A program made the translations under genes and the position numbers. The notes under the pieces were generated by a model, which ran no database searches, was not told the origin of the DNA, and saw nothing but the letters and a program-made list of their open reading frames with translations. Source: a virus (taxonomy: Duplodnaviria > Caudoviricetes). Taken from it: a stretch of DNA of 64,000 nucleotides. Positions within the stretch are counted from its first letter, which is position 1; every line of letters begins with the position of its first letter. Of this stretch, positions 1 to 9,900 are shown one piece after another. Location: the IMG/VR virus record IMGVR_UViG_3300013105_000022, positions 72,516-136,515 of that record; one strand, written 5' to 3'.

Positions 1-1
1 C

Positions 2-424
2 TGTGACATGGAGCCTGTCTCTCCCATTGAAGGCAGGCTTCCAGAAGCCCCGTGGGCGAGCTACGAGAACGAAGAGGACTGGCGCATCGTCAACGCCGCT
101 ATCGGCGCTCCACAGCCTCAGGATAGCTTCTGGGTAGACCTTTTGACTGGACTACCTGCTCGCTACTTCTCTCGACCCTACGATGAGATGGTGATGTCTA
201 CCGGTCCTGGGTATCTCACCGATTTCTACCATGCGGACGCCAACAACCCACGTCTCTTGATCTTCCCGAAGAGCACATTCAACTCCGTACACTGGAAGCA
301 GATTGAGACCGGTGGAGATGCCACTGGATTCGAGTATCCAGAAAATGCCATCGCCGTCCACCACTGGGGTCACAAGAAGGACGGTCGTACCAACCTGATT
401 GAGGGCAACACTCACCATGCGTAA
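2..424 (+). CDS. Glycosyltransferase, GT32/OCH1-like (5' truncated by window edge)
   Basis: Frame is open from the window start (C-D-M-E-P, tail of a DxD motif); NAAIGAP...FW..LL and TGPGYLT motifs typical of GT32. Confidence 0.7.
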   Translation, partial: CDMEPVSPIEGRLPEAPWASYENEEDWRIVNAAIGAPQPQDSFWVDLLTGLPARYFSRPYDEMVMSTGPGYLTDFYHADANNPRLLIFPKSTFNSVHWKQIETGGDATGFEYPENAIAVHHWGHKKDGRTNLIEGNTHHA

Positions 425-1127
425 GACTCTGTTCATCACAGCCGCTAACCGTCCGGGCTATTTCAGAGAAGTGATGAACTCCTGGCGTATGGTGCGTGGC
501 TTCTACGACTGGAAGGTAGTCATCCGCCTAGAGCCGAGCGACTACGTTCCCGAGCACCTAGCCATCATCGAAGAGCTAGAGCATGAGCACATCCAGGTCA
601 TCGTCAACCCTCAGGTCTACGGTGTTCTTCATCACCCCTGGGTGGGGTTCAACGATCTTTTCCAGTTCTCCGAGTTCGTCGTCCGTGCTGAGGACGATCT
701 GCTCGTGACAGACGACATCCTAGAGTACTTCGAGTGGGCCGCAGAGCAATACCGAGACGATCAGGACGTGGCCGCTGTCATTGGCTTCACACCGGCCAAC
801 CTTGTAGGCGGCGCAAGAGACATCGAGCGCACCCAGTCGTTCTCGCCGTGGGTGTGGGGAACCTGGCAGGATCGCTGGGACGAGTACATTCGCGACACAT
901 GGGACCACGACTACTCGACGTTCAACGAAGCTCCAGGATTCCAGGCCGGATGGGATTGGAACCTAGACACTCGTGTCCTTCCGCGCCTGGGTAAGTCCTG
1001 TGTGCGACCGTACCTCTCCCGCGTCCAGAACATCGGTGTGCACGGCGTTCACGGCACCCCAGAGAACTTCGTACAGGCTGTAAGGTGGCTTCCTCACCTA
1101 GACTCCGTAGAGTACCAAGAGCGATAG
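417..1127 (+). CDS. GT-A fold glycosyltransferase
   Basis: ITAANRP, AEDDLLV, PWVWGTW, GWDW and SRVQNIG motifs; ATG at 417 overlaps the upstream gene end. Confidence 0.75.
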   Translation: MRKTLFITAANRPGYFREVMNSWRMVRGFYDWKVVIRLEPSDYVPEHLAIIEELEHEHIQVIVNPQVYGVLHHPWVGFNDLFQFSEFVVRAEDDLLVTDDILEYFEWAAEQYRDDQDVAAVIGFTPANLVGGARDIERTQSFSPWVWGTWQDRWDEYIRDTWDHDYSTFNEAPGFQAGWDWNLDTRVLPRLGKSCVRPYLSRVQNIGVHGVHGTPENFVQAVRWLPHLDSVEYQER

Positions 1128-1129
1128 TA
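1121..1129 (+). promoter_or_regulatory. Putative late promoter motif GCGATAGTA (leaderless, ATG 15 nt from motif start)
   Basis: One of 12 exact copies seen before virion genes. Confidence 0.7.
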
Positions 1130-1135
1130 GTAGAT

Positions 1136-1600
1136 ATGAGTGAAGAGACTGACGCCCTACGAGACCTAGACGCCGCCCCAGCGAATCCGCTAGACGGCAT
1201 CTTCGTCCTGCCTGGACACATTGCCGCAGACCCGCTCATCCAGGGTTGGTATGACGAGATGGTAAGGCAACTCCGTAGGGAGGCTGAGGGTATCCCTATG
1301 AAGGCCGCTCAGTTCACGCTAATGGAGCGAATCGCTTACTTCTACGCCAACATGCGCTACCAGGAACTGAACGATCCTGACATGTCTGATCGTCAGCGCC
1401 AGGCCAACATTTCTACATGGCAGACGATGCTTGACCAGTTCAACCGTCTCCTGGAGAAGCACAACGACAAGCTAATGAACGAGATGGTCCTGAAGGTTCA
1501 GGAGATTCTAAAGAATCGTCTCGCGCTCATCTCCGACCCTTCTGAGAGGGCCGCACTCCGCCGCGCATACGCGGAGGACTTCGCAAACCTCGACCTCTAA
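1136..1600 (+). CDS. Hypothetical helical protein (possible terminase small subunit)
   Basis: ATG at 1136 follows the late motif; position upstream of TerL; no diagnostic motif. Confidence 0.45.
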   Translation: MSEETDALRDLDAAPANPLDGIFVLPGHIAADPLIQGWYDEMVRQLRREAEGIPMKAAQFTLMERIAYFYANMRYQELNDPDMSDRQRQANISTWQTMLDQFNRLLEKHNDKLMNEMVLKVQEILKNRLALISDPSERAALRRAYAEDFANLDL

Positions 1601-1609
1601 GGAGAGACC

Positions 1610-1768
1610 ATGTGTGACGGTAAGTGTGATTGTGAGACAGGACCCCAGGAGGCTCAGCGCCTTCAGCGTGACGCTACGAAGTCTCGCGCCGATGGACCAC
1701 TGGGACCTGTAGTAGACCCTGAGGATAACGACAAGCCTCAGCCAGGAACAGAGGATGTGCCAGTATGA
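1610..1768 (+). CDS. Small hypothetical protein (52 aa, MCDGKCDC...)
   Basis: AAGGAG RBS; ATGA overlap with the next gene; below the ORF-track size cut-off. Confidence 0.6.
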   Translation: MCDGKCDCETGPQEAQRLQRDATKSRADGPLGPVVDPEDNDKPQPGTEDVPV

Positions 1769-2061
1769 GCGGCATGATGGAACACGAAGACTTCTACTTC
1801 GCTATCAAGCTTTCTAGCTCAGCTTCTCTGGATGAATCACCTAAGCACAACTGGGTTGAGGATGCCGGTGGGCTTCCTCCCTATGTTCGAGAACTCGCCC
1901 GAGGCATCATGAAGAGCGGAAAGAGTAAGTCGCAGGCAATTGCTATTGCCATCAGCCGCATCAAGAAGTGGGCCTCGGGCGGGGATGGCGTTGATCCGGA
2001 TACTCGTGCAAAGGCCGCGAAGGCTCTGGCACAGTGGGAAGCACTAAAGGCCAAGAAGTAG
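1765..2061 (+). CDS. Small basic head-associated protein (NWVE..GGLP.Y...IA.A....KKWA type)
   Basis: Motif resembles small domains in actinophage head modules; has an IKLS site like other head proteins here. Confidence 0.5.
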   Translation: MSGMMEHEDFYFAIKLSSSASLDESPKHNWVEDAGGLPPYVRELARGIMKSGKSKSQAIAIAISRIKKWASGGDGVDPDTRAKAAKALAQWEALKAKK

Positions 2062-2080
2062 AACATTTGGGCGAATGTAC

Positions 2081-2089
2081 TGCTAAGAT
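2081..2089 (+). promoter_or_regulatory. Extended -10 promoter (TGcTAAGAT), leaderless terminase mRNA
   Basis: TGn-TANNNT ending 6 nt before the ATG; no RBS. Confidence 0.55.
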
Positions 2090-2095
2090 GGTAGT

Positions 2096-3991
2096 ATGTC
2101 CAAATTCATGACCATGCATGAGTTCTTCAGCGAGCCTGAAGAAACTCTACAAGAGGGAAGTCTAAGCTCTATCTTTGCCGAGGAGCCGGTAGACCTTCGT
2201 ACCTTTATCCGAGACCCCAAATTCCTCGGACAGACGAACGTCGAGCTATCTCCAGAACAGGCGCGTGCCATTCAGGTAATTGAGCGTGTCTACTACCCAG
2301 ACCTATATCCGCGCATGGCGGAAGAGTTCGAATTCGGTGAGTACTGGGGTCAGGACATCCCTAGCGCTAACCTCATCACTCTCCAGTGGGGTAAGGGTTC
2401 TGGTAAGGACGCCATTTGCCGTTGGGCCTCGCTCCGTGTGGCATATCTACTTCTCTGCCTCAAGTCTCCGCAGTTGTACTTCGACATGCCTGAGACTGAC
2501 TCCATTCACCTTCTGAACATTGCCGCTAACGCTCCTCAGGCTAACCGAGCGTTCTTCAAGCCTATGACCACTGCCGTCAAGCAGGGATGGTTCAAGGGCA
2601 AGGCAATCATCCGTCAGGGTGAAATCGAGTACGACAAGAACATCTTCGCCGTGTCTGGTCACTCTGACGCTGAAGGTCAAGAAGGTCTGAACATCATGCT
2701 TGGTGTTGCTGACGAGATTGACGCCTTCAAGGCCAAGGATGAGATGGTCGGAACGGGTAAGAAGCTCCGTGAGGCTTCCACATCCGCTGAGTCGATTCTA
2801 GAAATGCTGAAGACCTCCGCATCTACTCGATTCCCGAAGACCTACAAGCGCGTAGCCATTTCCTACCCTCGCTACCTTGGATCGACTATCCAGCAGTTGA
2901 CCACAGAAGGTCGTGAGTCGAACGAGAAGTACGGCGCGCGCTCTATTCACTACGTCTCCGGACCCCTAGCTACTTGGGATGTCAACCCCCGTATCTCTGG
3001 TAAGGAAGACTTCTTCGAGGACTATGAGAAGGACCCTGTAGGTTCTGCCGCCAAGTACGAGTGCAAGCCTTCCCGAGCTATCGACCCGTTCTTCCGCAAC
3101 ATGGACATCTTCAAGCTGGCCGTGGATAACGATGTCATGCCTCTCACCATCGACTACAAGCCGGTGAACTACTACTCCCCTCACTACCACCGCAATGTGC
3201 GTGGCTGGGAGCCGATCTTCCACTTCTCTCCTGACTTCAAGCCGATCCAGGGTGCTCGCTACGCACTCCACGGTGACCTTGCTATCAAGGGTGACCGTGC
3301 CGGTATCGCTATGAGCCACGTCGAGAAGTGGGAACACTTCGACGCCACTCTGGTGGACAATGAGGGAGCGAACTATCAGAAGGAGATTGTTCGTCCTCTG
3401 ATTCGCAATGACTTCACCATCTCGTTCGAGGCTAAGGCTGAGGCACGAGACACCAATGGTGACCCACTTCCCCGCGAAATCCAGATTCGATGGGTACGAA
3501 TGCTGGCTGAAGAACTCCAGAACCGTGGATTCCCTATCAGCCTATTCACTTTCGACAGCTTCCAGTCTGCGGACACTATTCAGATTTTCACGTCCCAGGG
3601 CGTGGAGTCAAACAAGGTATCTACCGACCGTGATCCATCCCTATGGTCGTCCCTCAAGGACGTAGCATCTGAGGGTCGTCTACGCATGCCATTCGATCAG
3701 CTACTTATGAATGAGCTTGAGGCACTTTCTAGAATTGACAACGGAAAGGTAGATCATCCGCCGAACGGCTCTAAGGACTTGGCGGACGCATTCTGTTGCT
3801 CAATCGCTGGTGCCATTGTCGTAGGTGGAGAGGAATCCCCCGATGGCGCGATAGTAGATGTCGGAGGCGCATACTTCATGACGGGTCCTGCGCTTAGCCC
3901 GCTAGAGGGCATGGACGACGTATCGCAGACGTTGGGCGATCCGATGGGTATGCCACTAGGATTCCCGGATAGAGGAACATATGGCTGGTAA
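2096..3991 (+). CDS. terL: Terminase large subunit
   Basis: Walker A WGKGSGKD, Walker B GVADEID, nuclease motifs HGDLA..GD and DHPPNGSKDLADA. Confidence 0.92.
   Translation: MSKFMTMHEFFSEPEETLQEGSLSSIFAEEPVDLRTFIRDPKFLGQTNVELSPEQARAIQVIERVYYPDLYPRMAEEFEFGEYWGQDIPSANLITLQWGKGSGKDAICRWASLRVAYLLLCLKSPQLYFDMPETDSIHLLNIAANAPQANRAFFKPMTTAVKQGWFKGKAIIRQGEIEYDKNIFAVSGHSDAEGQEGLNIMLGVADEIDAFKAKDEMVGTGKKLREASTSAESILEMLKTSASTRFPKTYKRVAISYPRYLGSTIQQLTTEGRESNEKYGARSIHYVSGPLATWDVNPRISGKEDFFEDYEKDPVGSAAKYECKPSRAIDPFFRNMDIFKLAVDNDVMPLTIDYKPVNYYSPHYHRNVRGWEPIFHFSPDFKPIQGARYALHGDLAIKGDRAGIAMSHVEKWEHFDATLVDNEGANYQKEIVRPLIRNDFTISFEAKAEARDTNGDPLPREIQIRWVRMLAEELQNRGFPISLFTFDSFQSADTIQIFTSQGVESNKVSTDRDPSLWSSLKDVASEGRLRMPFDQLLMNELEALSRIDNGKVDHPPNGSKDLADAFCCSIAGAIVVGGEESPDGAIVDVGGAYFMTGPALSPLEGMDDVSQTLGDPMGMPLGFPDRGTYGW
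3848..3856 (+). promoter_or_regulatory. Late motif GCGATAGTA inside the terL 3' end, upstream of portal
   Basis: Exact motif copy 133 nt before the portal ATG. Confidence 0.55.
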
Positions 3992-5879
3992 GGACGACGA
4001 AGACAACAAGCTTGAGGCAGGCGAGGTCGCGGCTAACAACCCGAACGCCTTCCCAAAGCCGAAGGACAGTGAGCTTGGCATCGAACTCGGTGTGGAGCAA
4101 AACCTGCCCTTTGCTGTACCCTTCAGCGACGGCCTTGGAAAGAAGGCACGCCAGGACAAGGAGCTACGAGAGCTTCTTCGTGACGAGTCCGAAGAGCAGG
4201 GTCCTTCTGTATCCCAGCTAATCGCTATGCGCCGTCTGGATGGTCAGGCTCGTGCTCTGTATCGTCTACTCACGCTCCCTCTGCGTGCCGCTCTCTCCAA
4301 GAGCACCTTCATCCCCGCCGATGGGGGAGAAGAAGAAGCAGAGTTCATCGATCACCAGTTCAACCTCCCACCGGCATCCGGTGGTATGACTGTGACCTTC
4401 CACAGGTTCATGGCTCAGCTTCTCCAGGCTCTGTTCGACGGGTTCTCTCCTTTCGAGATGGTCTACGACTACTCTACGTACGGTCCTATGAAGGGCAAGT
4501 ACTACCTGAAGAAGATGGCCTACCGCCAGCCAAACACCATCACCGTTATCGAGGACGAGGATGGCCACTTCGCTGGCTTCCGTCAGCGCGCCTACGCTAA
4601 CGGCAAGGCTTACGATGTCGTGATCCCTCGCGAGCGTGCGTTCTACTTCGCCGCTCAAGAGGAAGAGCGCAAGTACTACGGTGTGAGCTTCTTCCAGAGT
4701 GCGTTCTACCACTACGACAAGAAGATCAAGATGTACTACATCGCCCACCTGGCCGCTCAGCGTGCCGCCGTGGGTACTCGTGTGGGTAAGTTCCCGACCA
4801 ACATGTCTGAGATTCAGAAGCGCCAGTTCGCTCAGAACCTCTCCAACCTGGCCGTGGCACAGTGGATGCTCGTTCCGATGGACGCTGAGGTTGAAATCCT
4901 CAAGGACAGCGGTTCCTTCGCGTTCCTGGACTACATCAACCACCACAACCACATGATGGCTCAGTCCATCCTTGCGGGCTTCTTCGACTCTGACACAGGT
5001 ACAGGCGAGAGTGACAACACTCTCGTCAAGTTCGGCACGCCTGGCGACACCATGTTCTTCCTGATGCTTCAGGCCATCATGGACGACATCGCCAACTCGA
5101 TCAACCACTACATCATCCCGCCGCTCATCGACTGGAACTTCTCGGGTGGAAAGTACCCGACATTCCAGTGGTCTGAGATTACGGCTGAGCAGAAGTCTCT
5201 CATCTACGAGACCTTCAAGACGCTCGCCAACGCCGAGACTGTATCCCCTGAGTTCACCCGTGAACTAGAAATCAAGATGGCCGATGACATGGGCCTTGAG
5301 ATTGACTGGGATGAGGTCGAAGCTCGCGAGGCCATTGAGAAGGAATCCGAGAACATGGTCAACGGTCTCGACGCAGACGGTAAGCCTCTGCCGAAGGACG
5401 CTATGGGCAACCCGATCCTCCCAGGTCAGGACAACCCGGATGCCGCCCTCCAGGCTTTCGAGACTCAGGCCGCTGGCGCTGGTGCCATTCCAGAGGCTAC
5501 AGATGAAGAGAAGAAGGCTGTCAAGCTCTCTGCCGACGAGAGCCTACTAGACATGGCTTCTGACCTTCTGAAGCTCGCCCGTCCTACCTCCGGCTCGTAC
5601 CGAACGGTACGTACTCAGGAGGGTGCAGAGCGCTTCGACGTATCCATTGGTCAGCAGATTCCTGCTGGCGCTGGACGAGACGAAGAGGGCGGCAAGCGCA
5701 AGGTAACTGTCGAGCGTCTGATGTCTCTCCGTTCCCAGTTCGATGAGGCTAAGCGCGCCGGTAACCAGGCCGTTGCCGACAAGGCTATGGAAGCCCTGAA
5801 GAAGGCAGTCTACGACTACACAGGTTCCTGGTCTCCTTCCATGTTCATCCAGACGATGAAGAAGCTCCCGACTAAGTAA
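3981..5879 (+). CDS. Portal protein with C-terminal extension
   Basis: Follows terL; LFDGFSPFE, YYGVSFFQSAFYHY and IIPPLIDWNF...YP features of Mu gp29/DUF935-like portals. Confidence 0.85.
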   Translation: MAGKDDEDNKLEAGEVAANNPNAFPKPKDSELGIELGVEQNLPFAVPFSDGLGKKARQDKELRELLRDESEEQGPSVSQLIAMRRLDGQARALYRLLTLPLRAALSKSTFIPADGGEEEAEFIDHQFNLPPASGGMTVTFHRFMAQLLQALFDGFSPFEMVYDYSTYGPMKGKYYLKKMAYRQPNTITVIEDEDGHFAGFRQRAYANGKAYDVVIPRERAFYFAAQEEERKYYGVSFFQSAFYHYDKKIKMYYIAHLAAQRAAVGTRVGKFPTNMSEIQKRQFAQNLSNLAVAQWMLVPMDAEVEILKDSGSFAFLDYINHHNHMMAQSILAGFFDSDTGTGESDNTLVKFGTPGDTMFFLMLQAIMDDIANSINHYIIPPLIDWNFSGGKYPTFQWSEITAEQKSLIYETFKTLANAETVSPEFTRELEIKMADDMGLEIDWDEVEAREAIEKESENMVNGLDADGKPLPKDAMGNPILPGQDNPDAALQAFETQAAGAGAIPEATDEEKKAVKLSADESLLDMASDLLKLARPTSGSYRTVRTQEGAERFDVSIGQQIPAGAGRDEEGGKRKVTVERLMSLRSQFDEAKRAGNQAVADKAMEALKKAVYDYTGSWSPSMFIQTMKKLPTK

Positions 5880-5887
5880 GGGGCGCT

Positions 5888-6673
5888 ATGACCTCCTTCA
5901 AGGAGCAGATGCGAGTACACGAGGCCTCCAGGGAAGCAACCTCTGCCCTGGAGGCTGTGTCTCGTAGCGCCATCGAGCGTATCTTCTCCGAGTGGGAGTC
6001 AGACATTCATGATGCCCGTAGCGTGCGCTGGGAGCTAGAACGAGTAATTCGTAACGCCTACCGATCCAGCGCTAACGTAGCTCGTAACGTGGCCTCTGAA
6101 TCCTCTGGCCTGCCTGACTGGTCATCTGCCGAAGTCTTCAACTCTTCCTACCTCCAGTCGCTGATCCTGGACGTTCGTCGCAACCTCCGTGACTACAAGA
6201 GCGGCAACCTCTCCAGGGAAGGTGCAGTCTCTCGAATCCAGCACTCTGCCGGTGTAGCCGCACAGCGTGGATACACGGATCAGACCATCGCTTCCTACAC
6301 AGAGCTTGAGGACTTCGGCCTGGAGCTACGCAAGTACTGGGTGGCCAACTTCGTCAACAACACCCCGTGCCCTGCATGCACGCGCCTACACGGCACGGCT
6401 GTGGGATTGCATGAGATGTTCCGCACGGAGACAGGCGAGCCTGGAGTCTACCGTGACCTCATTGGTCCTCCCCGCCATCCGAACTGCAAGTGCCGCCTCT
6501 ACATCTTCGTGGTCTCGCTGGAGAACGCCTTTGAGTCTCCCAACTTCGAGAAGCCTCAGGAAGCTCCTCAGATGATGAGCACTGACGACGTGAAGAAGAT
6601 GCCGCTGTCTATCTTTGGAGCCGTCAGAGCGAGCCTGAGCGCCATTCTGAGCTTCCTACGAAAGGGACGCTGA
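5888..6673 (+). CDS. MuF-like minor head protein
   Basis: PCPAC..LHG and PPRHPNCKC motifs; directly after portal. Confidence 0.8.
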   Translation: MTSFKEQMRVHEASREATSALEAVSRSAIERIFSEWESDIHDARSVRWELERVIRNAYRSSANVARNVASESSGLPDWSSAEVFNSSYLQSLILDVRRNLRDYKSGNLSREGAVSRIQHSAGVAAQRGYTDQTIASYTELEDFGLELRKYWVANFVNNTPCPACTRLHGTAVGLHEMFRTETGEPGVYRDLIGPPRHPNCKCRLYIFVVSLENAFESPNFEKPQEAPQMMSTDDVKKMPLSIFGAVRASLSAILSFLRKGR

Positions 6674-6894
6674 TGCACTTCCAATCCTCCCGTATCATGT
6701 TCGACTCCCTGGACGCCGCAGTGGAGGGACTACTGGTTGTGCTCGAAGACGCACGCGAGACAGTCTTCAAGTACAGCTTCGGTTCCCTATCCGCAGAACA
6801 GGTCTACGCCTCTGGTCTCATGCTCATCGGAGAGATTGAGGAAGTCACCCACAAGCTGGAGCAGATCGCGGGCACTACCCGGTACGACGACTGA
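6673..6894 (+). CDS. Hypothetical protein
   Basis: TGATG coupling with the MuF gene. Confidence 0.55.
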   Translation: MHFQSSRIMFDSLDAAVEGLLVVLEDARETVFKYSFGSLSAEQVYASGLMLIGEIEEVTHKLEQIAGTTRYDD

Positions 6895-6896
6895 GC

Positions 6897-6905
6897 GCGA
6901 TAGTA
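6897..6905 (+). promoter_or_regulatory. Late motif GCGATAGTA upstream of the giant gene
   Basis: Exact intergenic copy; an extended -10 (TGgTATGAT) also lies at 6951-6959. Confidence 0.65.
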
Positions 6906-6992
6906 ACGGTAAATCTTCTTTCCCCGCTAGAGAATTCTTCTTCAATCTTCTGGTATGATGGAGAGGTACGTCCAGAGACTTTAGGAGTCTGC

Positions 6993-9900
6993 GTGAGCAC
7001 CGAACTAGAACTTGAGTTCATCGAACTAGCCGTAGGTAAGGGCCGTCGAGTCCAGACCGCTGAAGGTGCTAGGTTCTACGGTCAGCCTATTGGCACGCTC
7101 ATCACGCCGGACATGATTAAGAAGGCGCGCTCTGCCGCCAAGGCAAAGGGCATCACCCCGCCCAAGGGTGGCCTCTCTCCGAAGAAGGCACCCCAGGTAT
7201 CTGTAGGTGCTGGCAAGGCGTCTCCCGCTGGCAACTTCAATGCTGATCCATCCGCTGGAGCACCTGTAGGCGCTGACACTTCCGGCAAATTCCAGGTGAA
7301 GCCCTCCTCTATCAAGGGTCCTCAAGGATTCAAGGTCGGCGCTACTCAGTACTCCGCTCCTTCCGGCTCTAAGCTCATTCGTCCGAAGAATCAGGAAGAG
7401 TTCGCGTACGTCGTAACTCCGGATGGTTCTGTTCACGCCTTCACCGCCGCCGGTGAGCTAGACGTACCCGACTACCTAGAGCCTGTCCTTACGAAGAAGT
7501 TCAAGGACCTCAAGGGTGATGACACCCTCTACAAGGTAGACACCTTCGATGCCCCGTCCTCCTTGGCTGAGCAGAAGCCAGGCTCTACGCTGTCCAAGAA
7601 CGGCAAGCCTCTGTTCAAGAAGCAGGCCAACGGCGTGTGGATGAACGAGGACATCGGTGCTGAGCTTACTGACGATGACCTACAGCGCCTCTACGATGGT
7701 GGTAGCTTCGATCTGGAGCCTGCCAACACTGTCGAGGACATCGACTTCTCAAAGCTGACTACTGACGAGCTTCAGGCCGCTCTTGAGGCTATGCCTGACG
7801 GCAAGCAGATGAAGTTCTCCAAGACTGTCGTAACCAAGAAGAACGGCAAGTGGAACTCCTCCGCCACAGGAAAGAACACTTCCTCTGAGGACCTGGCATA
7901 CATGTCAGCAGGTACCGGCTCTATCACAGACAAGCTCGACAACCCTGAGGTAGCCCCAGAGCCTGGTAAGGCTGACAAGGCCGCTAAGGAGAAGGAAGCT
8001 TCTGACCCGCTTCGTAATCCAGAAAATGAGCTAAATGAGACAAATGCTCAGAAGAAGAAGGCGACAGAAGCCAAGGCTACGGGCGCGGAAATTCTAAAGT
8101 CCGAAGTCGGAGCAGTGGTATACCATGACGTTGCCGGTGCCCTCACCAAGCAGGACAATTCCACCTGGGAGAACACTGACGGAGCCTCCTTCGCAGAAGT
8201 AAATATTGTTGACTCTGCCAACATGGGTTACATCTCTAATGAGCCTTGGACTCCAGAGCAGAAGGATGCTAAGGAGAAGTTCGACGCCGAGAACACCCTG
8301 ACGGTTGGGGGCAAGGAGCTATCCACCGTAGGTAAGTTCGGTGAGAACGACCGCTCCGAGGCCATCAAGGCAGATGGCGGATCGACACCGAACGTCTTCG
8401 AGCTAGAAGCTACTCCAGAGAACGTTAAGACGTTCCGTGACGCCATGCAGAAGTCGCTTGAGGGAAACCCTTACTCTGCATCCGTGTACGTCTACGACGA
8501 GTCCGACTACGCGGGTATGCGCCTCTTCCTGTCCGACGATGGAAAGAGCGGTATCGCCCTGCACGACGGAGACGAGATTGTCTCCGTCTTCAGCGACCCC
8601 AAGAGCAAGAACAAGAAGGTAGCTCGCCACCTAATCTCCGTAGCTGTGGAGAACGGTGGAAAGCGCCTAGACGCCTTCGACACAGTGCTACCGGGAATCT
8701 ACGCTAAGGAGGGCTTCATTGTCAAGTCTCGCCTGAAGTGGGATGACGACTTCGCCCCGGAGAACTGGAACAAGGAAACCTTCAAGAAGTTCAACAACGG
8801 CGAGCCGGATGTTGTCTTCATGCAGTACGAGAAGGGCATGGAAGACCTCGACTACGAGCCGGGTTCCGGAGACTACGTAGATGACTACGACAAGGGCCTA
8901 GCATCCACCGGCGGTAAGGCACAGGACGAGAACGACTATCGTCCTGAGATTGGCGACCCTGATAACGAAGAGAACAGCGTAGAGACCACCAAGAGCGGCT
9001 ACGTTGTCAACGATGAGGTCAAGTCTTCCCTAGCTGAGGGTAAGAAGATCAACGCCATCCTCAACCTGAAGAACTCCAACAAGGGGATGTCTCTGGCTGA
9101 GGCCAAGAAGGAAATCGACGCGATGGTTCTCGAAGGGTACCAGCCCGGAGACACCGTAAGTGGAAACATGCTCTGGGAGCTTCCAGAGGGTGCCAAGATC
9201 AAGACCGCTTCAGGTGGAGAGTTCACCAAGAACGAGAATGGCAACTGGGTCACCAAGAACGGTGGTGTCTTCTCTTCGAGCGATATGTACGATGACGGTA
9301 TGGATGCTGAGATTGTAAGCAACCCTGCCGCCAAGCAGAAGAAGATCGAAGCACCGAAGGTTGAAGAGCCTGAGGTTGATCCTGATGAGGAGTTCCACAG
9401 CCTTCTCGAAGCGAATGAAGTCACAGTCGAGAAGCTGATTGACCTCAAGGCCGGAGACATCATCTCCAACGGTGAGTTTGAGTTCACCAAGGATGAGAAC
9501 GACAAGTTCGTCAACGACCAGTTCCTATACGAGTTCGACGCTGACGACTTCTCCCAGGACATCGACAATGGCAAGATTTCCATTGTCGAGCAGACCGGCT
9601 CTGACGATGAAGAAGCCGTAGATGCAGACACCGCAACTGTAGACGACCTCAAGGCTATGAAGCCGGGTGACTCCGTGAACATCGCGGATTTCAAGTACGT
9701 CATGAATGATGATGGGAAGCTGGTTTCGGACACGAGCGGGTGGCTGTTTGACCCGCAGGAATTCGAGCAGGACCTAAAGACGTGGGGTTCTAAGAAGAGT
9801 GACATCACTCCGTCTCAGACTGTCGAAAAGTACGGCGAGAACGGCAACGAGTTCCTTCCAGAGGCTCAGGCTAAGCAGGCCATCGAGTCCCTGGAAGCAC

